From NCBI RefSeq assembly GCF_036321535.1, contig NC_087436.1, positions 116,996,001 through 117,060,000 of the forward strand: a stretch of DNA of 64,000 nucleotides, given 5' to 3'. Of this stretch, positions 1 through 11,329 are shown one piece after another (positions within the stretch are counted from its first letter, which is position 1; each line of letters begins with the position of its first letter). The notes beneath the pieces are model-generated. The model was not told the origin of the DNA and made no database searches. It was given only the letters and a program-made list of their open reading frames with translations. Both the position numbers and the translations under genes were made by a program. The DNA comes from Camelus dromedarius. Taxonomy: Eukaryota.

Positions 1-211
1 TAAACACGAACTCAAGCAGGCTGGAATGGCTCTGCCGACCATTCCTGCAGGAAAGGAGGCATAGTTATCCTCTCAGGAGAGGAGCAAGTTGTGGTGGATG
101 AGGTAGGTGGGAACAGTGTTTCGTTTCAACAGCCCTTCCTTATGCTCCCTTTGGGAAGAGGGAGCCACGTAGGCAGCACATGGGCACTTGCTTCAAGTAG
201 TCAGGCATCTG
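1..211 (+). other. Homogenised core of the duplication unit, copy 1 (candidate non-coding exon/promoter)
   Basis: Identical over 211 nt to 8156-8366; 5 mismatches to 35899-36109; GAG|GTAGGT donor-like site after nt 102. Confidence 0.7.
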
Positions 212-760
212 AGTCAATACACAAGAGACTGGATTTCAGTTCACTCTGAGTACCTGGTCCTGATACAATTGAAGTGGAAAAGACAGAATGCTTTCCTGTC
301 CGGACAAACTGTAAAAACTGAGCACCACAGTGAGCAGGACTGAGGGTCATTTCTAGAAAAGACTTGTAAGTAACAAGTTCTTTTGGATGTGGCTCCTCTC
401 TTGTGGCATAAGGTCATCAAGTTCCTCCTTACTCGACGTCTGACTGCTTCATGTAATTGGGCTGCTCACACTCACAGAGCAGGCAGAAGACAACGGGGCA
501 AACCCAACAGAGCACCTCCCTGTTTGGAAATCCTCGGTGGAATTTGGCCATTAAACATATTTGGGTCTCAGAGGAGCCCACACAAACAGAACTGCTCCCA
601 CCAACCCACAGACCTATGAGGACAAGAATAAACAGTTCTTACGGTAGAACCTCTGCGGTTTGGGCCTTGTTTGCTAACTGACAAGATTCTCTCACAGAGA
701 GCTTCTGAGTCATTCAGCACTGCTGCGCTGACTTGTGGCTCATCCTCAAATGCTGGTTTC

Positions 761-1580
761 AAGTTAGGCGGGCACCCAATACAGCCAACTGCCGGGCAAG
801 ACAGCCTGGCACATGAGCTCTCTAGACTTCACTGCCAAACGCCTCACATGCTCTAGAAACCGGGTGGGAGCCTACAGCATTCTCTCACCCATGCCTCGGG
901 GATGAAATTAGCAGCTAAACAGACTCATTTCATACAGAAATAAGGTTCTTCTGATAAATACCACCATTTTAGTTCTTCATTTTGTACATCAACTTAAAGT
1001 ATTGATTCTGGGAATAAATGAGGATTTTTTGCCATATAATGCTGAATATCAAGTTTTGCTTTTCACATAAACATGTTTTTGTTGTTTTTAGTTACTTAGA
1101 GGACTGGTGGGATTTCCCAAGCAGATACCTAGGCTGGTAAGTTTTGCCCTCAAAGTAGGAGCCTTTCACTTGAAAATACTACTCTGAGGATCTACTATTG
1201 GATAAGTGACCATTTCCATTAGGCATTTTAGCTTGCTTGCTTTCTAGGAGAGAAAAAAACGCAATAGACTTGCTGAAAAATGCGTCATTTTGTAGAAACA
1301 AAGGATTACACTTGAATACAAGTGAGTAATCTAACTCGACCCTCCTCAGGGACTCTACAGCCAGGATGAAGTCATCAACATGGTCCTGGAATACAAAGGC
1401 ACAGGAGACAAACAGCTCTCCTGACCCCCCAGCACAGACAAACTGCAGAGGTGGTAGGTTGAGAAATACCTTTAGACACACCCTCAACTTTTGAGGTTCC
1501 ACTAGAAGATTATGACCGCATTCGCCATCCCATGACAGACAGGAGGAGGAGATAAAACTCTCAGCATGAGGTAATAAAAT
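761..1580 (+). other. Copy-1-specific insertion of ~820 bp
   Basis: Copies 2 and 3 run from ...CTGGTTTC through only ~25 nt to TCCA(C/T)AG(A/T)AAAT; copy 1 has this extra segment instead. Confidence 0.8.
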
Positions 1581-1914
1581 TTCCATAGTAAATAGTGCAG
1601 TGCAGCCAATTTTATGCTAACACGACACAACTTAACATTTGGTTGTGAACTTGGCTTTTACCTTTGGGCAAGACTAGAGAGTGAAAGACATTCCAGAATA
1701 GAAGACCACCTTGGGGCACAGTAACCAGGCTGCCCTCCAAGTGTCAGCCAAATGACTGAGAAAGGCGGGGTTGACCATATCTGACTTCAAGAGAAAACCC
1801 TCCTTCTGGTAAACGTGTCCTTCTTGTCCCCAAAAGATTCCTGTACATATGATGGGTCACCCCTATCCTTGAAGGGCTCCACCCTGTGGTCAAAATTTTC
1901 CTTCCTTTCCTTCT

Positions 1915-2280
1915 AAATATTTGGTATAATTAATATACAATATTATATTTCAGAAGTACAGCTTGATGATTCAATATTCACATATTGTGTAATGATCACA
2001 GTAAGTCTAGTTAACACCTGTCACTATTTGTAGTTACATAATTTCTTTTGATGAGAACTTTAAGGATTACTCTTTGCAACTTTCAAATATGCAACACACT
2101 GTGAAGTGTAGTTGTCACGCTGGACATTACAGCCTTGCATCTCATAGTCTGTAACTGCAACTTTGTACCATCAGCCATTTTGCTTACACCATGTTGCCTG
2201 CCTCTTGCAGAACACCCATGTGTCCTCTATGAGTTTTTTTTTTTTTAAGATTTCACATTTAAGTGCGATCATATGGTATA
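1915..2280 (-). mobile_element. L1 3' UTR fragment (old L1M type), antisense
   Basis: Typical antisense L1 tail (AGATTTCACATTTAAGTGCGATCATATGGTA); paralogous to 9315-10045 and 37020-37385. Confidence 0.75.
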
Positions 2281-3607
2281 TGAGTAGCCCAAATTGTAGT
2301 TCCTAAGGCTCCAAATCAAACTTTGTTCTTTGCAGCCTTGAATCTAAGCATTGTTAGACGACATTATGTATGTCAGAAACAGAAGTCAAAGGGACTCACG
2401 TCTACCTCCAGCCCTGCCCCAGATAGGAGTAAGTCCCATGTCAGAGTCCCTTGCACTCCATCATTTCCATGGTGACTTGGGTCATGAGGGTAAGTCCTCT
2501 CGGTTCTGAACCTCTGATTTTGGGCAAGGTTCTAAAGCCTTTATTTGGATTTGCCCTGCCATGGGCTTTATCTGGAAAGGGAATCCTTTACCTTGGTGAG
2601 CACTCCCTCATGGGGAGTTTGGTTTCTAAGGGCACTGCCGAGGGGCAGTGGCTGTGCAGGACTCTCACTCATCTTAGGTTCAAAACCTATGGGCCCTCCT
2701 CTTGTAAATTTGTTGCATTGGACTAAAAGCACCCATGGCAGTTTGAAACTGTGGGCCCTCTTGCAGCTTATTTAAGATTTTTAAGTGAGTTTATTTGCAC
2801 ATTCAGTTGGAAAAAAGATTTAGGACAATGAGGATTTGAAGAGTATTTCAATTGGTATTTTGAGGCCTCTGAACACATAATGGGGAATCCACTATTGTAT
2901 CCCTTAGAGAAACTAACTCGCAATGATCTTAAAGGATTTCCAAATTGGAACAATTCTGAGGTTTCTGAGAGCTCTCTCTCCCTGGCTTCCTCCACCCCTT
3001 CCTGTTTCCTCTCAGTGTCCACGAGGCTCTCCTCCATGCTATCCATCACTCTGAACTTTTTACTACACCAAGACTGACCCCCCGCAGAAGGCCAGCCATA
3101 CTGCCCTCCTATAATGACAGCCGATTTTACAGCCATGTCCAGTGAGGATGGCACCAAACCACTCACATACAGCCCTTGGACCAAGGCAGAATTACATGCT
3201 AAGGACTTTCCCAATGTGAAAGAAGACTCCTTTGAGTTTGCCAATTTGTCCTCCTCACTGAAACATCAGCCTGGCTACTCAGATTTGTATCATTAGACAG
3301 AACCTCATACACAATAAGATATATTAAAGAATGGATGGAAGCTGTTGATTGGAAAGATCCTACTGGTGATTTTTCTACAGTAAGCACATGGAGACAAGCT
3401 GATGTTCAAAAGTTGGCTAGTGATCAACAAATTTCTATTTTATTTCCTAATTGTATTGACTGGCATGTTATTAAAAATGCATCAACAGCCTGATAAAGAT
3501 GATCATTATGCAGAACTTGAAAATTCTTTCAAAATTTTGCCATTAAGGACCCAACAGGTAAAAGTGCCAGGCTGTTTAACTCTAACTTTATGGCAAGATT
3601 ACAAGAT
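2281..3607 (+). mobile_element. Class I ERV remnant: LTR 3' end, degenerate PBS, decayed gag, truncated
   Basis: Gag-like peptide TYSPWTKAELHAKDFPNVKEDSFEFA (ORF 3114-3296); paralogous to the gag-pol element at 37390-42780. Confidence 0.75.
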
Positions 3608-5417
3608 GTGTTCCTACCTTGATTTTCACTCAGTATCACCTCCGCCCACTTATCACAGTAGGGAATGCCAGAGCTGGAGTTCCATAAAGACGGCATGCCT
3701 GTGTCAAGTCCTCCAGGCAACATGGGTTGTAGCTCCACCTCAGAACAACTGAGAGACTGAAAACCAGTCTGGCTTATTGGCAGAGAACTCAGACTCAAAT
3801 CTTAATGGGTTCCTGTCTTCAGACCTTCACCATAATGATGGAAGAAAACTACACACCCTGAATCAGAGCCAGAGGTATGGGAGTTGACGCTGATGACTCA
3901 ACCCCACAATAAATATTATGTAATCAACATCCACTGGGTCTTGCCTGCAGTAAACTGGTGCAAAACACTCCTCCAGGGAAGGGGAAAAACCTGACCTGGA
4001 TGATCTCAAATATTCTGTGATGAGACGGAACTTTGAAACAAAAGGAACAGGATTGTCAGGCAGATAAGGAAAAAAGGAAGACCTAGGCTTGTCCAGCAGG
4101 AGATCAGATGCTCAGGGTCAAAAACCATCCCTCTTTCATCCATATGTATGCACCCCTGTGGGCAAAAGTCCAAGTAAAATCACTTTCGAAACAGTACACT
4201 TCGAGAATCAGGAGAGTATCTACTCCAACCGCAGGAATCCTCCCAGACTAGGTTCTGCCAAGGACTGCAAGCAAGAGAAGGGGTTTAAGAACACGTTGTT
4301 CTTAACTCCCTGACTCAAGCACGGGCGTTTTAAATGGGAATAAAGTACACAAGAACCAGGTATCACTCTAGGCAATGAGAGCTGAAAGTGTTGGAGGAAC
4401 GTAAGAATTACACCCTTCCCACCAAAAAAAAAAATAATAAAATGCTCAAATCAATACTATTCTAGACCCCAAAGAAGGATATAGTTCAAATAATAAATGG
4501 GAAAAAATTAAGTTCTCAGATTATAATTCTCCTCATGGACTAAAAGTGAGGTAGGTACCACTTGACATTAAACTAATCATCCAGGTGTAGAAACTTAATA
4601 CATGAGCAGCCGTGTTTCACCCCAATGGAAAAATGAGTTGTAGATTTCTTCCAACGTGACTAACAAAATCTCAAAATCTCAGGATCTCTAAGGAAGATAT
4701 AATTAGTTAAACAATGCACATTCACCTTATGGCAGATTTAAAACACATGAGACTTAAGTAAAACAATCCTTCGAATCCAAGGCAACTAAAGTATTATCCC
4801 ATTATTAGAGACATTTGTTTCTGGCAGGTACGATGGGGAAGTTGAAATGGAGGCAGGGCTGAATGAGATACTTAGTCTAAAGAATCTCTGCAGGAGAGCA
4901 AAAGACAGCAACACAAGGGGATGGATGTTGGGAGCTTAGCTATGGAATCTTGATAGCCTTACTCCACTGGTACTGAGCCCATCCCTCTTTCCCTGAAAGA
5001 AGAACCTTCAGGAAGGAATGAGTGGCAGAGGCTAGGCATGTTCCATGCCACATTCTCTGTGTCTACATGTATTTGGCACAGCATGGAGAACGGCAAAATA
5101 CTTGTCATCTGCATCCCACTGCAAACTCCTTCAATCTGGTTTTCAACCCTTGGGTTTTTACCAAAATCTCAGAAAGGTTACTCAGCTTCAGGCAGAAAGC
5201 CCATTCCCCATTTCAACCCATCTTGACTGGAGCTCCACTAATAGCAACTGTGAACAAGTCAGCATTGAGACAGCCCACCAATGAGTAAGGCTCAATTTGG
5301 AGCTCTGATCTCTGAGGAAGAATGAAATTCAGAATTAAAATGAGAAGCCAATTTCAACTTCAGAAATCATGGTGCAACCTCAAAACCCCTTGAGATGGAA
5401 ACTAGCCAGGCTGAAAT

Positions 5418-5575
5418 GATCTGACTCCCTCTGTGGGTTAGTCAGGGCACAGAGCACCTCAGAAACACAGTGACCTTATCACTGAGGTCCAAGAGGATGT
5501 ACTATATCCACTGGTTACATTCTCAAGAGAAGCATTTCTGGCTCATAATTTTGCCTCACTGAAGTTAGTTGAGCC
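5418..5575. other. Second conserved island of the duplication unit
   Basis: 7 mismatches in 158 nt versus 33103-33260, no indels; flanks visibly more diverged; contains short inverted repeats. Confidence 0.6.
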
Positions 5576-6699
5576 CAGCATCAAGGGACCATAGTGAATG
5601 AAATTATTTCAGAACTCTGTCTGCTCCAGTGAGTCTTGGACTGGTCCCCTGCCTTCTCAGAGAAGGTGCTGACATTGACTATTTTGGACACTGCCTTCAG
5701 TCCATCTGGGACAACCCTATTTCTTCCAAAAGCATCCATTAAAAACACTATGGAGGACACCTAGTTAATAAACTGTCTGTATTCAGCCTTTTGCTTCCTC
5801 TATGTGAATGTAAGATGCTATCCCTTGAGAAATTGGCCTCCTCTGATCAGAAAGCCAAGTGTATTGGAACTGTGAGGGAAGACTTGAATGCCCCAGGACA
5901 ACAGACAGTGTTCCTCATGTAATCAAATTCCAGTGATAATTGTATGAAGGTAGTTAGAATGGAAACTTCTTCCAGGCAACCGTATAATGATAAACATCAC
6001 CTTGAACCACCCCAAGTATTCTAAGATGAAGAAGAACCCTTTATTGAGACAAAGGAACAGGCATGTCAGGAGAAAGAAAAACATCAGCCCAGGCTCTATC
6101 CAGCAGGGTCTCATGATGTGCGTCACACCCTGCCCCCCTACACACAAAGGCCTGCGATCAGAAGTCAAAGCAAAGTAGTTTTGGAAGAACTCCCCCCTGT
6201 ATTGTCAACACATCTGGAATAAGCATTACCAGAAAGGTAAGGGTCTCCAAAAATCTTCCTACATAAAAGTAGTGAGTACAATCACAGAAATTCTCAGCGT
6301 TAACTTTTCCAGTACTCTGGAAGTTAACCAGATGCAACAATCCAAAGAGTTTATTCAAGAAAAATGTGGCCAATACTTAGTAAAAACAGTGAGCATTGTG
6401 ACATTTTAACTTGTCTTATTCCAATACCCACCCCCCACAGCTTTGCAGCAGACTTGAAAACCAACAGCCTTGCAACAAAGGCAGCTGTAAAAAAGAGCAG
6501 CCATTGTAGGGCAGAATTGAATTTGGCTCTTCATAAAAATCCCTTGTTCCAGAAATTAGTAGCTATTTTATTGGGATGTACCTGACAGGTCAAAGCCCTG
6601 TTATCAGAGATTCTTTAGTCGAACTTACTTAGGGAATAGTGTTGTTTCCAGTGAGCCAGCTCTGTTTGATTGTCAAAAAAGTTTGTTTAACAGATGTCT

Positions 6700-7935
6700 G
6701 AGAAAGCATTACCAGATGGGGCAAATAAAAGACTAACCAAAAATTTGAAAGGAAAGGCTGGAAGGTGACATTCATAGGGGATTTTGAAATCTCCAGTTTA
6801 TTTCTGGGACTTTAGAAGGTCACATACAAGTGCATGGCTGTGCATATACCATAAAGAGATCTTAGCAAGGAGTAAGAAATTAGTTTTCTGACCTTGAGGC
6901 TCTCACAGTAGAGAGTAAAGTCTAAGGCAGAGTTGTAACTGCCAGATAATTAAAGGTGTGTTCAACACATACACAGCACCTAATGGTTAGTCAGCGAAGA
7001 TAACTAAACAGAAGGTTCAATGGCTAAACATGAAGAACTAAGACCTTGGAGAAATTAGAAAATTCACAAACTAATTAGCCAGAAAAAACCCTGTGGTTAA
7101 GGAAATTTAATCCCCCAGAGTTGCCCATCATCCCCAGAGCTGCCCATCATTTAGAATATCCAATTTAACAAATGTGAGGCATACAAAACATGCCCACATA
7201 CAGGGAAAAATTCAGTCAGACATTGTCCTGAGGAAATCCAGACTTGTACTTGCCATAAAAAAAAACTTAAATGAGCTATTTTAAATATCTTCAAAGAAGG
7301 AAATCATGTGTAAAGTATTAAAAGTATAAGAACAATGTCTCAAGTGGAGAATATCAATAAATAGAATTTTTTTAAAGAATCAGATTCTGGAGCTGAAAAG
7401 TACAATAACACATTCTTATGAAGGACTCCATAGTGGATGTGAGCTCTTGGAAGAATGAGTCGAATTTGAAAATAGACTGATTGAGATTAAAGTCTGGTAA
7501 AAAAAAAATAAATTAGACCTCAGACACTTGTGAATATTATCATCACGCATACCAGCATGTATATAATGGTAGTTTAGAAGGAGAGGGTAGAAACAGGCAG
7601 AAAGAATATATAAAGGAATGACTGACCAAACATTTGACAGAGTCAAGAAGCTCAATGAACTCTTAATAGAGTAAGTTCAGAGATCTACAGTTAAACACAT
7701 CATAGTCCAACTCTTTAAAGATATTACCAGGTTTCAAAAACATCAAGAGAAAAGCAGTTCATCACATAAGAGAGAGCCTCAATAAGATTAACAGCAGACT
7801 TCTCAACAGAAGCTATGAATACAAGAAGGCATTAGACCCGTATATCCAAAATGTTAAAGACTCTCAAGCAAGAATTCCTTAACCAATGTAATTAGCTTTC
7901 AAAAACGAATTAACATACTTCCAGATGAACAAAAA
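6700..7935 (+). mobile_element. Ancient L1 5' region and decayed ORF1
   Basis: A-rich, with the ORF1 C-terminal signature TCAATAAGATTAACAGCAGACTTCTCAACAGAAG; paralog at 34380-35690. Confidence 0.75.
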
Positions 7936-8074
7936 CAGGTAACTGAGGTGACTGTACTTTGTTATCCCACTTCCCCATCCTTGACTAGACAAGTTGTGGT
8001 ACAAAACGGCAATTCAAGAGCCCACGCTCTTACCTATAATGGCCTCTTTTCAGATACAGAGCATGGGAGTAACT

Positions 8075-8366
8075 TGGCCCTTGATTTGATGGTCCCCTCA
8101 GTCAATCTCTAGTTTATTCCTTCACAGAAATGTATGCCAGAGAAACTGAGAGGAATAAACACGAACTCAAGCAGGCTGGAATGGCTCTGCCGACCATTCC
8201 TGCAGGAAAGGAGGCATAGTTATCCTCTCAGGAGAGGAGCAAGTTGTGGTGGATGAGGTAGGTGGGAACAGTGTTTCGTTTCAACAGCCCTTCCTTATGC
8301 TCCCTTTGGGAAGAGGGAGCCACGTAGGCAGCACATGGGCACTTGCTTCAAGTAGTCAGGCATCTG
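8075..8366 (+). other. Homogenised core, copy 2; contains a candidate 130-nt exon at 8128-8257
   Basis: Acceptor-like TTTATTCCTTCACAG| at 8127/8128 and donor-like GAG|GTAGGT at 8257/8258; near-identical to the other copies. Confidence 0.7.
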
Positions 8367-9314
8367 TCCCTGGCTTAATATACAAGAACAGACTGGACCT
8401 CTGTTCACTCTAAATAGAGTACCTGCACCTGGTCCTGATGCAATTGAATTGGGAAAGATGGAATGCTTTCCTGTCCAGGCAAATCACAAAAACTGAGCAC
8501 CACAGTGAGCAGGACTGAGAGTCATTTATAGGAAAGAATCATAACTAACAAGTTCTTTTGGATATGGCTCCTCTCTTATGGTATGGAGTCACCAAGTTCC
8601 TTCTTGTTCAAAGTCTGACTGTTTCATATAATTGGGCTGCTCACACCCAGAGTAGGCTGAAGACATAACAGGGCAAACCCAACAAAGCACCTCCCTGCTT
8701 GGAAATCCTCAGTGGAACTTGGCCATTATATATATTTGGGTCTCAGAGGAACCCACATGAACTGAGCTGTTGCCACCAACCCACAGACCTGAGGAGGAGA
8801 ATGAACAGTTCCTGTTGTAGAGCATTGGAGTTTGGCCTTTGTTTGCTAACTAACTCAGAAGCTGTCTATAGAGAATCTTGTCATTCAGCACTGCTGCACT
8901 GAGTTGTGTTTCAGCCTCAAGTACTGGTTTCTCCCAAGAAGGACTGGATGAATGCTCCACAGAAAATAGTACAGTGCAGCTGATTTTGTGTTAACACCAC
9001 ACATTTGGTTGTGAACTCAGCTGTCACCTTTGGGCAAGACGGTGAAACACGTTCCAGAGTAGAACAAAGCCCACCCTGGGATGAAGTACTAGGACATCCT
9101 CCACATGTCAGCCAAATGACTGAGCAAGGTAGAGCTGACCATGTCTGACTTCAAGAGAAAACCTTCTTCCTGGTAAATGTTTTCCTATTGTCCCTAAGAT
9201 CCCTGTATGTATCATAGGTCACCCATATCCCTGAAAAGCCCCCCCACCCTGCCTGTGGTCAAGGTTTCACCTTTCTTCCTATTCCTTTCCATATTGCCTT
9301 CTGCTCTACCTTCT

Positions 9315-10045
9315 TAAATGTTGTCGTATATTAACCTACCATATATTAATTTCACATGTACAGCATAACGATTCAATATTTGCATGTGTTGTGAAATGAT
9401 CACCACAATGAATCTAGTTAGTATCCATCACTACAGACAACAGGATTCTTCTTTTTCTTGTCCTGAGAACTTGAAGGTTTATGCTTAGTGACTTTCAAAT
9501 ATGCAATACACTATTAGAGTTGCCATGCTGTATATTCTGTCCTCACAATTGTATAATTGCAAGTTTGTTCCCTTTGACTTTCTTCAGCCATTTAGCCTAT
9601 CCCTTACCTCCCATCTCTGGCAAAACAGCCATCTGTTCTCTGTATCTATGAACTTTATTTTAGATTCCCCATAGAAGTAACGTCCCATGGTACTTGTCTT
9701 CCTGACTTCTTTCATTTAGTATAATGCCCTCAGGCTCCACTTATGTTGTTGAAAATAGTGAGTTTTTCCCCCCTCATGGCTGAATAATGGTCTTATGTGG
9801 TTATGTGTAAGTATGTGTGTGTGTATATATATTCATTCATCTGTCAGTGAACACCTATGGAATCCACCTGTCTTGGCTATAGTAAATAATGCTATGATGA
9901 ACGTGGGAGTGTATATATCTTTGAGTTGTCTTCTTTGAATACCAAGAAGTGGAATTGCTGAATTGTATTTTTAATTTCTTGAGAAACCTCCATACTGTTT
10001 TCCATAGTGGCTGTACTGATTTACATTCCAATAGTGTACCAGGGT
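9315..10045 (-). mobile_element. L1 3' end (ORF2 C-terminus plus 3' UTR), antisense
   Basis: Minus-strand peptide ECKSVQPLWKTVWRFLKKLKI matches the L1 ORF2 C-terminal region. Confidence 0.9.
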
Positions 10046-11174
10046 TTCCTTTTAATAGGTTACCAAGCAGAGGAAGAAGAGCCAGGAAAGGGTAAAGAGC
10101 CATTCATTTTCCTAGGACACCAGAAGAAAGGCTGTGAGACACACAGAAGCAAAATTTTACATGTAAAATTTACAGTTGATTCAAAGGAATATTTAGTCTC
10201 ACTCTCCTTGGATTTGCCTCATTGTCTACTGCTTCCTAACTTAAAATCTATACTCCTAAACTCTGAAAGTTGCTTTATATCCCTGACACTGAAAGCATCA
10301 GCGGCACACTAAGGTAGAGGGCTCTAGAATAAAAGTTGTACCATCATCTCCCACTGAATCTACTGCTGAAGATGTTCATCAAGAGCTTAAAGTTCTTCCA
10401 ACTTCGATCTATAAGCTGGACTATCTGAATTGACTCATCCTGGTAAACCTGCTTTACGTATAGTAATCTACATAGAGTTCCAGGACAGGATGCTAACTAC
10501 TGCTTGCCTATAACATCTGCTCAAGCAATAAAAGAAAATCTCAGTTTTGTAACTGGACAGGGTTTCAGAATGCACAGATGGGATACGTCTTAATGAAGGG
10601 TAATTTCTTGAGCACCTGAATTTTTATAAGAAGTTTCCATTATAAAAAATAGACACAACCCAGATCCATTCAAATTATCTGGGCATGCCAAATAAAGTAA
10701 ATACTGTTAACATTTTAGGAGGTGGCAGAGATGACTCTGGAGCTGCAGAATCATTTTGTACATAATGATTACCAGGAAGCACAGACATGGCTTCTCTGCT
10801 GGCTTCTAGGAAAAGACATTCTGCCATTTTGAGATTCAGAAAGTCGCTTTGTCGTTTCTGCAGTGTATGAAGAACCTCTGGAAATAAGCAATTTAAGATC
10901 AGCGTTCAGGTTCTCAGACACTGTTCAGATTTCCATATGCAGGCATGACTTCACTTCATAAAAAACTGCAAGCCTTGGAAAGCTACTGCTTGCACAAAAG
11001 CATGGGTGACAGGAGCACCCACTCCGGAGATGACTGCTGCTTTTGAAGTTGCAGTGAAATTTATCAGTCAACTCTACACAGTTAGTAGCAGACAATGGAG
11101 GTGCTGCAAGATCCCCTCAGATGCCATTTTGCCATGTGGCATACAAGGAAACCACTGGAAAGCTCAGTGGAGTT

Positions 11175-11322
11175 GTTACATGGGTATGAAATTTCACATA
11201 AGCTCTAGAGGTCTACTGTGTAACATTATGCCTACAGTTAATACTGAATTGTGCATCTCAGTTTGTCAAGGTCAGTCTCATGTTTTCTTACCAAAATAAT
11301 AATAATAATAATAAAAAAAAAA
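11175..11322 (+). mobile_element. Short 5'-truncated L1 3' tail with (AAT)n/poly(A)
   Basis: ATAAGCTCTAGAGGTCTACTGTGTAACAT-type L1M tail ending in an A-rich tract. Confidence 0.65.
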
Positions 11323-11329
11323 GAACCTA

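Larger units (their letters stand above)
1..3607 (+). repeat. Tandem segmental duplication, copy 1 (5' part outside the window)
   Basis: Collinear with 8156-9690 and 35899-38683: core block, unique flank, antisense L1 tail, then ERV LTR end and gag. Confidence 0.9.
3608..9690 (+). repeat. Tandem segmental duplication, copy 2 left part (continues at 29955-31250)
   Basis: Collinear with 31251-37385 throughout and with 1-2280 from 8156 onward. Confidence 0.9.

Noticed and set aside
326..365. CACAGTG heptamers (also near 5466) as V(D)J recombination signals
   Set aside because: No ACAAAAACC-like nonamer at 12 or 23 bp spacing and no V or J segments.
1179..1586. 135-aa minus-strand ORF
   Set aside because: No recognisable domain; spans the edge of a copy-specific insert; splice-like signals are on the opposite strand.
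4017..4110. Box C motif GTGATGA conserved in two copies
   Set aside because: No conserved CTGA box D or terminal stem at a suitable distance.
5411..5491. SNORD116-like C/D snoRNA or H/ACA RNA call
   Set aside because: The box D-like end CTGAGGTCCA is present but there is no RTGATGA box C; hairpins are too short for H/ACA and there is no terminal ACA.
8134..8256. 40-aa micro-ORF MPEKLRGINT...ASCGG in the core (plus a 22-aa minus-strand ORF MPDYLKQV...)
   Set aside because: Preservation follows trivially from near-identity of the copies; no codon-level evidence or known homologue.
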